A stretch of 50,943 nt of DNA from Chromera velia (Eukaryota), in the NCBI GenBank assembly GCA_018398765.1, contig JAHBMJ010000282.1:1-50943 (forward strand), written 5' to 3'. Position 1 is the first letter of the stretch. Each line of letters starts with the position of its first letter. The position numbers and the translations under genes are program-made. The notes under the pieces were generated by a model. That model was not told where the DNA came from. It was given only the letters and a program-made list of their open reading frames with translations, and searched no databases. Positions 26,731 to 39,179 of the stretch are shown one piece after another.

Positions 26731-28244
26731 ATGCTGTCCCTTCATGGATCTGTGAGGAAGTTGGCACTTTTGTGCCTGCTCTATCTTTGCGATCTCTTTG
26801 GGGGCGCTGAGTCCTTTTCCCTCAGCAGCAGTGGACCCCGCAACCGTCAGCAGGCCGTCTCCTCCTTCACTCCCCTTTCTCCCCAGGTATCTTCCCCCCA
26901 CAACCTCCTCAGACCAACAGACTCCATCCAAAGCCCTGTTGGCCTCTCCTCCGAGGCTCGCAGCAGCCTGGGAGGCTCTGTGGAGCGCAAGAAGATCCTT
27001 GTCCTTGGAGGAGACGGCTTTTGTGGATGGCCAACGGCGCTGCATTTGTCAGATCATGGGCATGACGTGATCGTGGTGGACAATCTTTCAAGACGGCGAA
27101 TTGACACTGAGTTGGGTGCAGAGTCTTTGACACCCATTCAGTCAATGGAGGAGCGCACGAACGTGTGGAAGGCCGTGTCGGGCAATGAGGTGCAGTTCAG
27201 GATGCTGGACGTCGCCAAGGATTTTGACGGACTTCTTGAACTTATCAAGTCAGTAGAGTGGGTGGATGGATAGGTCGGGCAGGCTTGGGAGGCAGGCTTT
27301 TGGGAATTGGAGAAGAACAGAGGACAGAAGCATTCAAGAACAGGGTCGCGAGGAACACAGTGCTTCTCCCATCCTTCATTCCGCATTCTCCCCCNNNNNN
27401 NNNNNNNNNNNNNNNNNNNNNNNNNNNNNNNNNNNNNNNNNNNNNNNNNNNNNNNNNNNNNNNNNNNNNNNNNNNNNNNNNNNNNNNNNNNNNNNNNNNN
27501 NNNNNNNNNNNNNNNNNNNNNNNNNNNNNNNNNNNNNNNNNNNNNNNNNNNNNNNNNNNNNNNNNNNNNNNNNNNNNNNNNNNNNNNNNNNNNNNNNNNN
27601 NNNNNNNNNNNNNNNNNNNNNNNNNNNNNNNNNNNNNNNNNNNNNNNNNNNNNNNNNNNNNNNNNNNNNNNNNNNNNNNNNNNNNNNNNNNNNNNNNNNN
27701 NNNNNNNNNNNNNNNNNNNNNNNNNNNNNNNNNNNNNNNNNCTCTCTCTCTCTCTCTCTCTCTCTCGCTCTCTCTCTCCTCTTCTCTTTCTCTCTTCTTT
27801 TCTCTTTCTCTCTTCCTTTCTCTTTCCCTTTTTCTCTCTTCCTTTCTCTTTGTCTCTTTCAGCCCTGTCGTTTTTCACTTCCTCCGCAGACTCCCTCTGT
27901 GCCCAGCCACTTGATCACTTTCTCTCTTTTCTCTTGTCCCCATTATACCGCCTTGTGTGGTTCCAACTCCTCGTTTTTTTACTTTCCGCTCTGGGCGCCT
28001 GCTTTGTGTCTTCCCAGAATTTTATGCTTGACGAGACAGCCTCGGTTCCGTCAAGTCTTTCTGTCTGTCTCTCTTTCTTTTCTTTCTTTCTTTCTTTCTT
28101 TTCTTTCTTTCCTTCCTTCCTTCTTTCTTGCTTTCTTTCTTTCTTTTTTCCTTCCTCCTTTTTTCCTTCCTTCCTTCCTTCTGTCCTTTCTTTCTTTCTT
28201 TCTTTCTTTCTCTCTTTCTCTCTTTCTTTCTCTCTTTCTCTCTT

Positions 28245-28302
<58 letters not shown>

Positions 28303-29125
28303 CTTCCTTCCTTCCTTCTTTCCTTCTTTCCTTCTTTCCTTCTTTCCTTCTTTCCTTCTTTCTTTCTTTCCTTCTTTCCTTCTTTCCTTCTTTCCTTTCT
28401 TTCTTTCTTTCTTTCTTTCTGTCTGTCTGTCTTTCTTGCTTTCTTGCTTTCTTGCTTTCTTGTTTTCTTTCTTTCTTTCTTTCTTTCTTTCTCTGTGTCC
28501 TCATATTCTCCCATGCTCATTCGTCTCTCTGCAGGACGGAGAAACCCGACACGATCATTCACTTCGCAGAGCAACGCGCTGCCCCCTACAGCCAAAAGGA
28601 CGGCGCAAAGAAGAGGTACACTGTGGACAACAACGTCGGGGCCACCCACAACCTTCTTGTTGCCATTGTGGAGTCAGGCCTCGACATTCATGTGGTCCGT
28701 CGATCGAGGCTCTCTTTCTCGTTTTTCTTTTTGCTTCTTGTTGCCATTGTGGAGTCAGGCCTCGACATTCATGTGGCTGGTGTCTCTTTCCTTTCTTCTC
28801 TCCCGTTTCTTTCTCTTTCTTGCTTCTCTCTCCCTGCCCAGACACCGAGTGTGCGGGGACAATCAGTTTGTCGGGCTCCTTTCTATTTTCAGTGAGACCT
28901 CGTTAAAAGAGCTGCAGTAGTTTGAGAGAAAAAAAGAGTCGGGGGAGGCGCCCAAGGGGACCTGCGGTTGAACATTGTGTCACACGTTTGTTATGAATAT
29001 GCATGCGTTGCCTCCAGCTGCTTCAAGGAGCCGTCTTTCCTGCATTCGGATTCACTTGGTGTAGTAGGGGTAGGTGCCATTCCCTTGCAGAGAAACTCTT
29101 CTCTTGCAAGCTCTCTGTCCATCTG

Positions 29126-29166
<41 letters not shown>

Positions 29167-32068
29167 GTGTGTGTGTATATGTGTGTATGTGTGTACGTTT
29201 CCATCTCCCTCTGTGTGTGTGTGTGTACGGGCAGGTCCACCTGGGAACTATGGGGGTGTATGGGTACGGAACTTCTGGGGGTGAGATTCCTGAGGGGTAC
29301 ATTGATGTGACTCTGCCTGGGGGCAGACCTTCCACCATCCTCCACCCTGCCTATCCTGGGTAGGTCTTTTCCACCTTTCTCCGACTTGTCTGTCAAGTGG
29401 CATGCGAATGTGTAGATGGAGCTGGCTTTCCCTAGAATTTCTTCTCGATTTCGATGGAACTTGTTTTTTGGGTGGGTGCGTCTGGTACTCTCGCTTCCTG
29501 GATCCTGTCCTCTGTTTGTCTTCATCCTTTTGATTACGAGGTTGCCAGAAGAGGAAAAGGTGTGGGGGGGAAAGGACGAGGGAAAGGGGCGGAATGAGAG
29601 TAAGAAATGGCGAAGAAGAAGAAGAAGAAGACGAAAACAACGACGAAAGGAGCGGAGAGGGCTGTGAAAAACATCGGAGATGGGCCGATCTCTGCTTGGG
29701 ACGGAGTTTGTCAAATGCATCTCCATGGACCTTGGTCTCTCTGTGTGAATGCTTGCTTGTGTCTCCCCTTTTGTTTGTTTTCCTCTCAGTTCCGTCTACC
29801 ACACCACCAAGTGTCTGGACGCCCTCCTCTTCCAGTTCTACAACAAGAACGACGGGCTGAGAGTCACAGACCTCCATCAGGGTATTGTGTGGGGAACCAA
29901 CACCGACCAGACGGTGAAGGATGAGAGACTGGTGAACAGATTCGACTATGATGGAGACTACGGCACAGTCCTCAACAGATTTCTCATGCAGGTCCGTCTC
30001 TGTCTCTGTCCCTTGGGCACTAGTAGAAGCCCTCTTTATTTTGGCTGTCTTTGCTGATAGGATATCGTGCGACCGACTGTTGATCGATATCAATGAATGA
30101 ATTAGTGTCTCTCCCAGTGTGGGTGGGTGGGTGGGCGGTTGGGCGGGTGGGTCTTGTTTGGTTTGTAGTCTCTGGGATTCTCGCATTTGTCGGAGGGGAA
30201 ATGTCTTTTCATCCATTCTTTCACTCATTCATTCATCCTGGAGCTCCTTCGCGGATGCATTGCCTCCCTGGCTCCCTGCAGGCCGCTCTCGGAATCCCTC
30301 TGACCGTCTACGGCACCGGCGGCCAGACCCGCGCCTTCGTTCACATTAGAGACACATGCAGGTCGGTAGGATTACTTCTCCCCTGATCTGCTCTTCCCAT
30401 GTGAATGGATCGCAACTTTTCCGCTCTCCTATCCGTCTTTCCTTTCTTCCCCTCTTTCCTCCCTTGTCTGTTCTTCTGCTCTGCGTAAAAGAACGATCGG
30501 CTGTTCGCCGGCGGTGTTCCTGTGTGCGTATGAGCTCGCACCTCTGCTGTATGTGCATGTCTGCATGTGAATGATCCTGTCGATGCCCTTGTGCAGGTGT
30601 ATTGAGCTTGCAGTGAACAATCCTCCTGCAAGCGGAGAGAAGGTCCAAATTTTCAATCAGGTTAGCACCAGTGAATTGTCACCTTTCTTCCCTTCTTGCG
30701 TCGAAGTTGTGTGCTTACAGTCGTAAAGACCTGATTGCGTCTGCGTGTTTCCTCGTTGGGCGTCGAGTAGTCTTTCTGAAAGCCGCGACGCACCCTCTGT
30801 CCGTTTTTGTTGCATTGCTTGCAGGTTGCTGAGACCCTCCGGGTAAGAGACCTGGCCGAGAAGGTTGCTGGGAAGGCGGGGTGCAAGGTTGCCTACTTGG
30901 AGAATCCTAGGTTGGTTGGTTGGTTGGTCTTCGTCTGTGATCAGAGGAATGGTCTCTGTCTGGGTTTGTTGGTGGTTCGACAGGCTGGTTGGTTGGCCGG
31001 TTGGTTTCAGTTGGCCGAAAATTCGCTATTTTCACTTAGCTGGGTCTGCCTTTGCAAAGAGTGATTTGACCCCTTTTCACGTGTCTCTCCAACTTCATTT
31101 TCGTGCTGCTGTCGGGGTACTTCTAGATCTTTCCTGGGAGGGACGCTCTGTTGAATGCCCCTTCGCTCTCTCTCTCTCTCTCTGTGTGTGTGTCTGTGTG
31201 TGTGTGTGTGTGTGTCTGCGTGCAGAAATGAGAGTGCCGAAAACGAGTTGGAGGTTTCGAACCGAAAGTTCCGTCTCCTCGGCCTCGACCCCATCCTGCT
31301 GGATGACAGACTTCTCGATGAGGTCGGTCGGTCCGGTGGGTGAGGGGTGCTCTGTGGGGTAGGAGGGTTCAGGGGTGAGCATGGGTCAGAGTGCCTGTAT
31401 CGCAGCAGCTGTTTTTCCGCCTGTCTCTTGAGCTCATTTCTGTCTGGTCTGTGGGTGTGTACCCCCCTCGATGCGTGTGTTCCCTTGCTTGTTACAACCG
31501 TGCAGGTCACAGACATTGCAAGAAAATACAAACACAGATGCAAGTCGGAGCTGGTGATGCCGAGCTCTTTCTGGAACAAGAGGGTCTGTCTGCCAGGGGG
31601 TGCATGGTGAAGGGGAGGGGGCTCTGCTTTTTCTGAGGGCTGCGCAGGGGTTGCTTTTTGCTGAACCATCTTGCTAAGTGGGGGATTTGGCCCTCGAGTT
31701 TGCAATGTCGATGTCTATCTCTGTCTCAGTATGTGTGGACACAAGAGAGATGAGTATCACATGCAGTTTCTCTGCCTGTCTCTGTGTCTCCCCACCCACA
31801 TCACATGCATCCGTCATCTTCTGGCTGCTGTGAAAAACTCTGGGTAGAGCGGAGAACGAAGAGTCAAACACGCAGCTTGAACGCCCCCCTCTTCTTGTTC
31901 TAGATTTTCGTATGGATGTGTTGTGTGTGTTTCCTGTCTCTTTCCTGTCTCCTGCAGAGAGCGGACGATTGCGCTCGGCGGCCCATCAGGGCGACTGAGG
32001 AAATTCTGGGCGAGCTGAAGACGACGGATGAGTTGAACAACCCTGCTTTGCTGAAGTCGTCACCATGA
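26731..32068 (+). CDS. SQD1: UDP-sulfoquinovose synthase (SQD1/SqdB) with bipartite plastid-targeting-like presequence
   Basis: Exons 26731-27248, 28535-28694, 29235-29359, 29790-29991, 30282-30361, 30597-30660, 30825-30910, 31226-31322, 31506-31583, 31958-32068, all phase-consistent; the last exon is less certain. Motifs [51 protein letters not shown] (SDR YxxxK), [40 protein letters not shown]. The N-terminal hydrophobic stretch ends AES-F and is followed by a Ser/Pro-rich transit-like region. Confidence 0.96.
27395..27741. other. Assembly gap (N run) in SQD1 intron 1
   Basis: Run of N. The flanking exons remain phase-compatible and the protein reads continuously. Smaller Ns occur at 4554-4563, 16309 and 44294. 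Confidence 0.99.
28070..28492. repeat. Compound (TTTC)n/(TC)n/(TTCC)n microsatellite in SQD1 intron 1
   Basis: Directly visible; it generates the spurious long F/L/S and K/E/R ORFs. Confidence 0.95.
29484..29621. repeat. Dispersed ~140-bp repeat, copy 2 (SQD1 intron 3)
   Basis: Near-identical to 12780-12921, same orientation, with small indels. Confidence 0.9.
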
Positions 32069-32832
32069 ATGAATGAATGAGCGAGCGTGAATGAATGAAT
32101 GCATGCATGAAGCAGAAAATAAGTTCATGTCTAAATGAGAATGTGAAAGTCTGTGTGTGGCGTGTCGTTGTTCAAGAAGGGGCAAATAAGACATGGAGAG
32201 CAGAAAAGAAGAGCGGGCTTCGTGACTGCGCGATTGGCGCAAGTGGTTTTTGAACTTTTTTTGTGTTGCTTTTCTTTGATTTAATTGAAGGGAATTATTG
32301 GTTCCCCCTTATGTCCTGTGTGTCGTCTGTCGTGGATTTTGTGTGAAAGAACAGGAGAGGTGAAGGATAATGCCCCCCGATCTTCCTTTCTGTGTCTGTT
32401 TGAAAAAAAGAAAGAAGAGAAGAAAACAGAGGGTCTGGTCTTTCTTGTGTGAGAGAGAGGCAAACAGCGTCCTTGACTTATCTGTGTGTGAGAGGAGAAG
32501 AGAAGAGGGGTCGAACATTCGTCGGTCTCGTCTCGAAACAGAGAGGAGATTTAATGAGGACGAAAGAGGGAAAGGAGAGAAGGACACACGCAGGCAGACA
32601 GACAGGCAGACAGACCAGAGAGGCAGACACAAAGACAGACAGATCGATAGAAAGACAGCAAGACAAGGCTGATGACAGAGAGACAAGTTAGAAAGACAGA
32701 CAGACAAGTAGATAGGTAAATAGATCGACAGAAAGGAAGGAAGGAAGGAATCCGTTTACACAGACAGACAGACTAAATTGTCTTTTCTTTACTTTACTTT
32801 TTTGCTTCGTTTCTTAGAGAGATAGACGGACG

Positions 32833-32863
<31 letters not shown>

Positions 32864-34760
32864 CATGAAAAAGCTTTCTCTTCCTTTCACTCCTCTCTCT
32901 TCTCCGTGATTCTATCTGCCCTCATAATCGCATCTCGCCGTGCTCTTCTTCGTATCTACAATCTGTCTCTGTTAAATGACTTTTCTCTCCTACACACTCG
33001 GACGAAAGGAAGAAAAGGGTTCCTTGTTTGTTTGTTGATCAAATCACTAGATGCATCACGAGCGTGACAGGATGGGAGGGTACGGGAGTGTCAGGCAAAA
33101 CGGAGACACAATTCAGGCGTTGGGGAACGGTCGCGTGGTCTTGGAGGGAACTGCAGGAACGGGAGCGGCAGAAGAGGAAAGGAAAGAAAGTACAGATACC
33201 TGCACATGGGTGGCGTGTAGCTGCTCCTTGTGGCTTGTTTGTTTGGCGGGCGGATAATTGGACTTTGACAAGGTTGGGTTTACGGGTTCTGTGTCTGGTG
33301 TTGTGATGGTTTGCTTGACCAGCTTTGGTGAAAGCTTCTGTCGTGCACTTAATTCTGGCCGGTTTAATTCACAAACGAATAGGCTGCATGATCAGATTTC
33401 GACCTGTTGGCTGCACACGGCCACAGAGAAACAAAAGATCGAAAAAGCGCTTCTCATGCTCTTTACAGCCGCGCTAATTAGCTTTCTTTCTCTCTTTACT
33501 GCTTCTGCATGACTTCATTTCTCTCCTCCTGATTGCTGAGCATTCGGTTGGCGTGCCTGCTTGCCGGCATGCAGTCTACCTTTCTTGATCGATCGACTTT
33601 TTAAAAGTTTCGGTCTTTGCTTGTTTGCCTTCATATGCCTGTGACAGCCTGCCCACATGTCGCTTTTTTCAATTCATCAAAAACATGATGTCTTCTAGTG
33701 GCTGCACGCTTTACGGCTTCTAACTTCAAATTTTGGACGATTGTTTACATAATGAAATCATCGAAATATTCTGTTTTTATTTCTGAGCACAACTCTAAGC
33801 TACTCTAAGCAAACTTTCTGTTCATTTTAAAACGGTTAGAATTTATTAATATTAATTTAATTGATTGATTTAAATCGAAGTTTTATGAAGTATTGAAGTT
33901 TTTTTTCATGTTCATAATGTTGATTAATTGTATGAAGTTCCGAAAACTACCGAAAACGAATCTAGAAACGAATTAAACGAAACGAATGTAAACAAAAAAA
34001 AAAAGTCAAAAAAAAAAGGAAAAAGACTTTCGTCGCTTATGATCGATATATTAATATGTGATTCTGTTAGACTGTGTGCGAACCTGTGTAGTTTGATTCA
34101 GCATCTTTAGCTACTTTATCCTGTTCTTCCGAAAAAAAATCTTTCATCAATGTCAGTATTCTTCATAATTCTTCGTCATCAGTTCTTTCCTAAGTTTTTT
34201 CAGCCGGCCTCATGCATGCAGTCTGACCTAGTCTGTCCGTTGAATCTTGCCCTTTATTGCATTTGCGGATCCGTACGCGCGCTAGTGGCCCGGCTAACCG
34301 TGTTGGGCGTGGGGCTCGGCCCGTGGGGCGGCGGGGGGCCCCGCCACTTAATTTGTACACCCCGCCCATGCGGCCAGGGGCCGAGGCGCTCGGCGCATCT
34401 CGTGTTGCGCGCGGTGTTGCCGATCGACCATTGCCGTCGTAATGCCGTCTCCATCATTGCCGTCTCAGGCCCGTCTGCATGCCGTCTGCAAAGTACTCTG
34501 CATGACCGGACGCTGTAGACGGGTGGGTACTAGCCAGGTAGGCCGTGGTACAATGGCATAGAACGATCGACTGACATCTCAAGAGTTTTGACCGTTTGTT
34601 CCGCCTCAACATCTGCAGTCTTAATTTGTCTGAGTTTCACACGAATTTCGGCTTTTGACTCTGTGTCTGCCCGCAGGATCACTTCTTTCACCTGCAGCCC
34701 GGAACCTTCTGTCTGCCTCTGTGCTGTACCGTCTACTTGAGGACAGGCGTACCGCTGTGC

Positions 34761-37700
34761 ATGCGTTTCCTCAGTGCGTTGTGTGGTGTCCCCTTTTCCC
34801 TCGCCTTTCGGACGGGGCCGGGTCCTCTTCACCCCGTCTCCGCTGGAGGTCTCTTGCAGTGCTACGGAGCAGCCAACAGACGTCTCTTGTCTGCATTCGC
34901 GGCAGGGCAACAGTGGGGTGGGCAGATGGAAGCAGAGGAGCGTGTGCAGCTGCGGGATGCTCTCCCCGAGCGGCAGTGCGGGAGTGAGCGCGTGAGCGTG
35001 TTGAAGCTTCTGGACATTGCGAGACGGGCAGGAGACGCCATCATGGAGGTGTACTCGAAGGAGACGGGCAAATGGAACGTGCAGGTAAAGGAGGATGAGT
35101 CCCCTCTCACGATAGCAGACCAGAGGGCAGACGCCATCATAGTGGAGGGCCTGCAGAAGGCCTACCCCTCCATCCCTGTGATATCAGAGGAGGGGGCCAA
35201 AGCGCCAGTGGAAGAGAAAAAGCAGTACAGCCACTTCTTCGTGGTAGACCCTCTCGACGGTCAGCACAACAGAACACAGCAGGAGGCGGTTCAGAGGGGC
35301 GGCTGCGTGGATGGATGGATGGATGGATGGATGGATGGATGGATGGATGGATGGATGGATGAATGGATGGATGGATGGACGGACGGATGGATGGATGGAC
35401 GGACGGACGGACGGATGGATGGATGGATGGATGGATGGATGGAATGTTCAGCCGCACTGCTGGATCGAGGAAGACGGAAAGAAAGAGAGAGATGTGATTG
35501 TTGAACCTCGCGTTTCTCCTCTTTTTTGGCGTCGATCGAGGAGTTGGTGCCTCTCCCACACATCTTCCACCTAATGACCAAAACGCCTTTTGTTCTTTTC
35601 CTTTCTTGCTTTTCTGGTCGACGGGAAGAACTAGTTGTCAGGTAAGTTGCCGTGCGTGCATGTGAGAAAAAAAAGGGATAGACGAATTGGGCCGAGAGAC
35701 ATACAGAAAGAGGACGCATTCCTATGAAGCAGCGCTGAATGGATGCTTGGGCAAAAGGCTAGGGCGCTTCTTTCCTTTCCTTTCGGCTTTCCCCCACGTG
35801 CACGTTTTCTCTCTACAGTCGCACCAATCTGTCCCTATGCGCCTATCTCTTTCTGTCTGTCTGTCTGTCTGATTGTCTGTCTGAAGGCCTGGAGCTCTGG
35901 TACCCTTCCACTGAGAGAGCGCGCCAAAAGAAGAAAGAAAAAGACAGAAGAGAATGAAGAAAGAGAAGAAGGAAAGAAAAGACGATATAGTCTGTCTGAT
36001 TGTCTGTCTGTCGGCTTGTCTACCTCTATGTCTGCCTGCCTGCCTGTCCTACTTCTCTCTCTCTGCAGGCACAAAGGAGTTCATCAATCGTCAGTCAGTC
36101 TGTCTGTCAGTGAATGCGGGAGCATCTGGGTTAATAAGTGAGTGAGTGAGTAAGCGAGTGAATGAGTGAGTAAGTGAGAGCGAGCTCAGCTGCGGGGAGA
36201 GTGAACAAACGTGTGAGTCAGAGAGTGGGCATACGATCGTCTCCCTCCAATGGGTACTTCTTCTGATCTGTCTCTGCATGCATTGTCCTTTCTTTCGGCT
36301 CCTGCAGATGGACAGTCTCTGATACCCCTCTTGACTTCTATCTGATTTCCTTGCCCCTTGGCCTTTCAGTACCTGCTTCTATTTCGTCCAGCTTTGGTCT
36401 GACTGTCGCATTTAATTCACTTAATTTCTTGTCTGGAGAACCGCAGTACAGATGCCGCCTGAAGGTCCACACAAAAACCGAGCTGTCGGTTTGGAGGCCT
36501 TCAAGAGGTTTCGTTGTTTTTGGAAGGCAGAGAACACCTTTTAAGTGATGCATGTGGGGGGATTGAACATGAATGTCTTTGCAGGGAACGGGCAGTTCAC
36601 TGTGAACATCGCTCTTTGCACCTCCTCCCGTGGTGTGCTCGGTGACGCCGTTCCTGTCCTGGGCGTCGTGACTGTTCCTGCTCTCGGTCGGGCATTCGTG
36701 GGTCTGGAAGGAAAGGGGGCGTTTAGGGTGGGGGAGCCTCTGGAAGATGCTGCTGGAATGCGAGAAGGTGAGCAGGGAAGGGGGGGAGCAGGAGAGACCC
36801 CAAACTTTTGAATTGTGAGTTGAGATTTGGGAAAGAGAGAGGGGGGCAAGGAGGAAGCACACAGCCTTTTTTTTGCACGGCGCGTCAGGCCCCTTTGCGT
36901 TTATCTTTCTTTTCTTTGTCAGTTTGTCTTTTGTCCTTTCTGTTTCTCTGTGTCTTCGTCTGTTTCTGTCGAGATATCCCCCATTTGCTGCAAGAATGTC
37001 ATCCTTCCCTTTTCTTCCCTTCTCACCCATGCAGGTCTGAGTGGAGACACACCGAGCGGAGCCGTGAAGACAGAGGAAGGGGGGGTCAAGTCTGGAGAAG
37101 ATGAAGTGGGTGTGCGAGTGCGTGCGTCATCTTTTGACGAGGAGGAGGAAGGTCTGGTGGTGGTTGCCTCGAGGAGTCATATGAACGAGGCAACAAAAAA
37201 GTTCTTGGACAAGTACAAAAACTGCAAGACTGTTAGCCTTGGGTAGGCTTCATTTTGTGTGTTCTGGTCTGTCCTTGGCCTTTTGTTTCTTTTTTGCTTG
37301 CTTTCGTTCTTTCATCCTCCCTCATCTCATCCCTTCCTCTTTTAAGCCATTCCTCTCTCCTACACCCCCTTTCTTTCTGTCCTTCTGTATTTGTATTTGG
37401 TCTTCATGACTCTCCATCCAAGAGGCTCCCAAGTTTATTCTAAAGTGACTTCCTTTCCTCTCTTCCTCGCTGTCTGTGTTCTCACTGGCCATCTGTTTGA
37501 ATCATGCTGGCCCTCTTGTTTTAGTTCATTGTTTGTCAGATGCTCTCACTCTTCTTTTCCACTATCTTCCTCCCCTCTATTTCTGGCTGTCTGTCTACTC
37601 AAAGGCTTTTCATTTGAAGATTTTGCCCTTCTTTTTTTGAGGATCGTTTTCTGCTCATCTGCTTCCAATTCGTTCTGCAGGTCCTCTCTAAAGATTCTTC

Positions 37701-38567
37701 TCCTCGCAGAAGGGGCTGCCCAGATCTATCCACGCTTGGCACCCACCTGTCAGCCCGATAGCTAGCCTGCCAAGACGGTTGAAGTGTTTCTCGAAAGCGT
37801 CGATCTTTTCAGCGGCTACCTCTCGGCTCATGTCTCTCGGTCTTGTCTGCTCGTTGGTTCCTGAGTCCGTTAGTCTGATCGATGGATGGATGGATGGATG
37901 GATGGATGGTTGGATGGATGGATACGTCTCGATCAATGTGGTGACGCTGATCGACTCTGCCCTTGCTTGAGCAAGCCACGCACTTCTTTTTTCACCTCAA
38001 CTTCCGTCCCTGTTGTGCAGCTGAGTGGGACACTTGTGCTGCCCATGCAATTTTGAAAGAGGCAGGGGGGGAGATCTTTCAGGTCGGTCAGCTTTGTCGC
38101 TGCAGAAGGATTCCCGCTTTCAAGCTGGACGAAGCTTGATGAACAGACAGGCAAACGGTAACTTAGGAAGCAAACGAAAGAGGGAGACAGGGAGGACAGT
38201 GGGCAAGGATCCGTCTTCTATCTTAAAGTGGTTTCCTAGCGTTCGTTCCTTTCGCCTTTTCCTTTCTGAATTTGAGGGAGGGGGGAAGGGGGGAGGGGGG
38301 GGGGAAGAAATGCAGATTACATTGCCGTGACTACCTGAATGAAAGATCGAGCCACTGTCTCTTCTTCTGTGACAAACACCTGGTTGCACATCCATTTCTT
38401 TGCAGGTGTCGGAAGAGGGAGAGGTGCGATGGGATTCTCCCATGAGGTACAAGAAGGCTGAAATCCGGAATCCTTTTTTCATGGCAGTCGGGAAGAGAGC
38501 AGGTTCATCGGTAGAGCAGTCTCAACCTCAAGGTCCTTCCTCGCAGCAGCTTTCTTCCAAAGTGTGA
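34761..38567 (+). CDS. cysQ: 3'(2'),5'-bisphosphate nucleotidase, bacterial CysQ-like (FIG/inositol monophosphatase family), with signal/transit-like N-terminus
   Basis: Exons 34761-35259, 36069-36089, 36585-36767, 37035-37242, 37681-37748, 38021-38082, 38406-38567, all phase-consistent. Motifs [99 protein letters not shown]. The N-terminus reads [16 protein letters not shown]. Confidence 0.93.
35309..35442. repeat. (GGAT)n/(GGAC)n microsatellite in cysQ intron 1
   Basis: Directly visible tetranucleotide array. Confidence 0.95.
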
Positions 38568-38766
38568 TTGATTGTGGAGTTCCAAACTTGTAAGAGGACT
38601 TACAGGACTTGACGTAATTTTTTAAAGACGCGAGAATGCTTAAACAACAATCTAGACTTCAATCTTTCAATATGAAATCTACTGGGTACTATAAGGAAGT
38701 ATATACTTCTGCGTATACTACAGTTAGGTTTGGGGAAGTGACTCACTAGCTAGCCCGGGAGTCCTA

Positions 38767-38816
38767 GCTCTAGTCCTAGCTTAGGCTAGCTAAAGCCTAG
38801 GCTCTGCACTACATAA
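38767..38816. repeat. Left arm of an imperfect inverted repeat bracketing the retroelement
   Basis: GCTCTAGTCCTAGCTTAGGCT[16-nt insert]CTGCACTACATAA matches the reverse complement of 43414-43447 at 31 of 34 positions. Confidence 0.7.
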
Positions 38817-39179
38817 AAAAAAATAAAAGATCGGAAAAAATATTTTAACTTTTTTTTTTATAGATTTTTTTTTTATTTATCAAGACAGTCAACAGGAGTG
38901 TTGCACAGGATGTTGCATGAAAACTATATGTTGCAACACTGTTGTTTGGTTGATAAGCTAGAAAGCTAGACAGCTGTAGTTTTTACTCCTTCACACCGCT
39001 GGAGTTTGTATGAAAAAGCATTTGGTCAGTAAAAGACAAGAGGTGCTGCTTCGCCATGGCTGATGAAACGGCTAAAGGGCGACCTATTATCAATTGATCG
39101 GGCCACGCCAACTGAAATCAGGAGACGCAAGGTGATTAATTTTACGAGACCTTTTAATGCCAATGAGACATGCCATGGC

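Noticed and set aside
27138..28920. Long ORFs of 218-546 aa
   Set aside because: Made of the N-gap and (TTTC)n microsatellite inside SQD1 intron 1.
39055..39095. CTGATGA as a possible hammerhead core near the PLE
   Set aside because: It is on the opposite strand to the element and has no stem II/GAAA in the right place.
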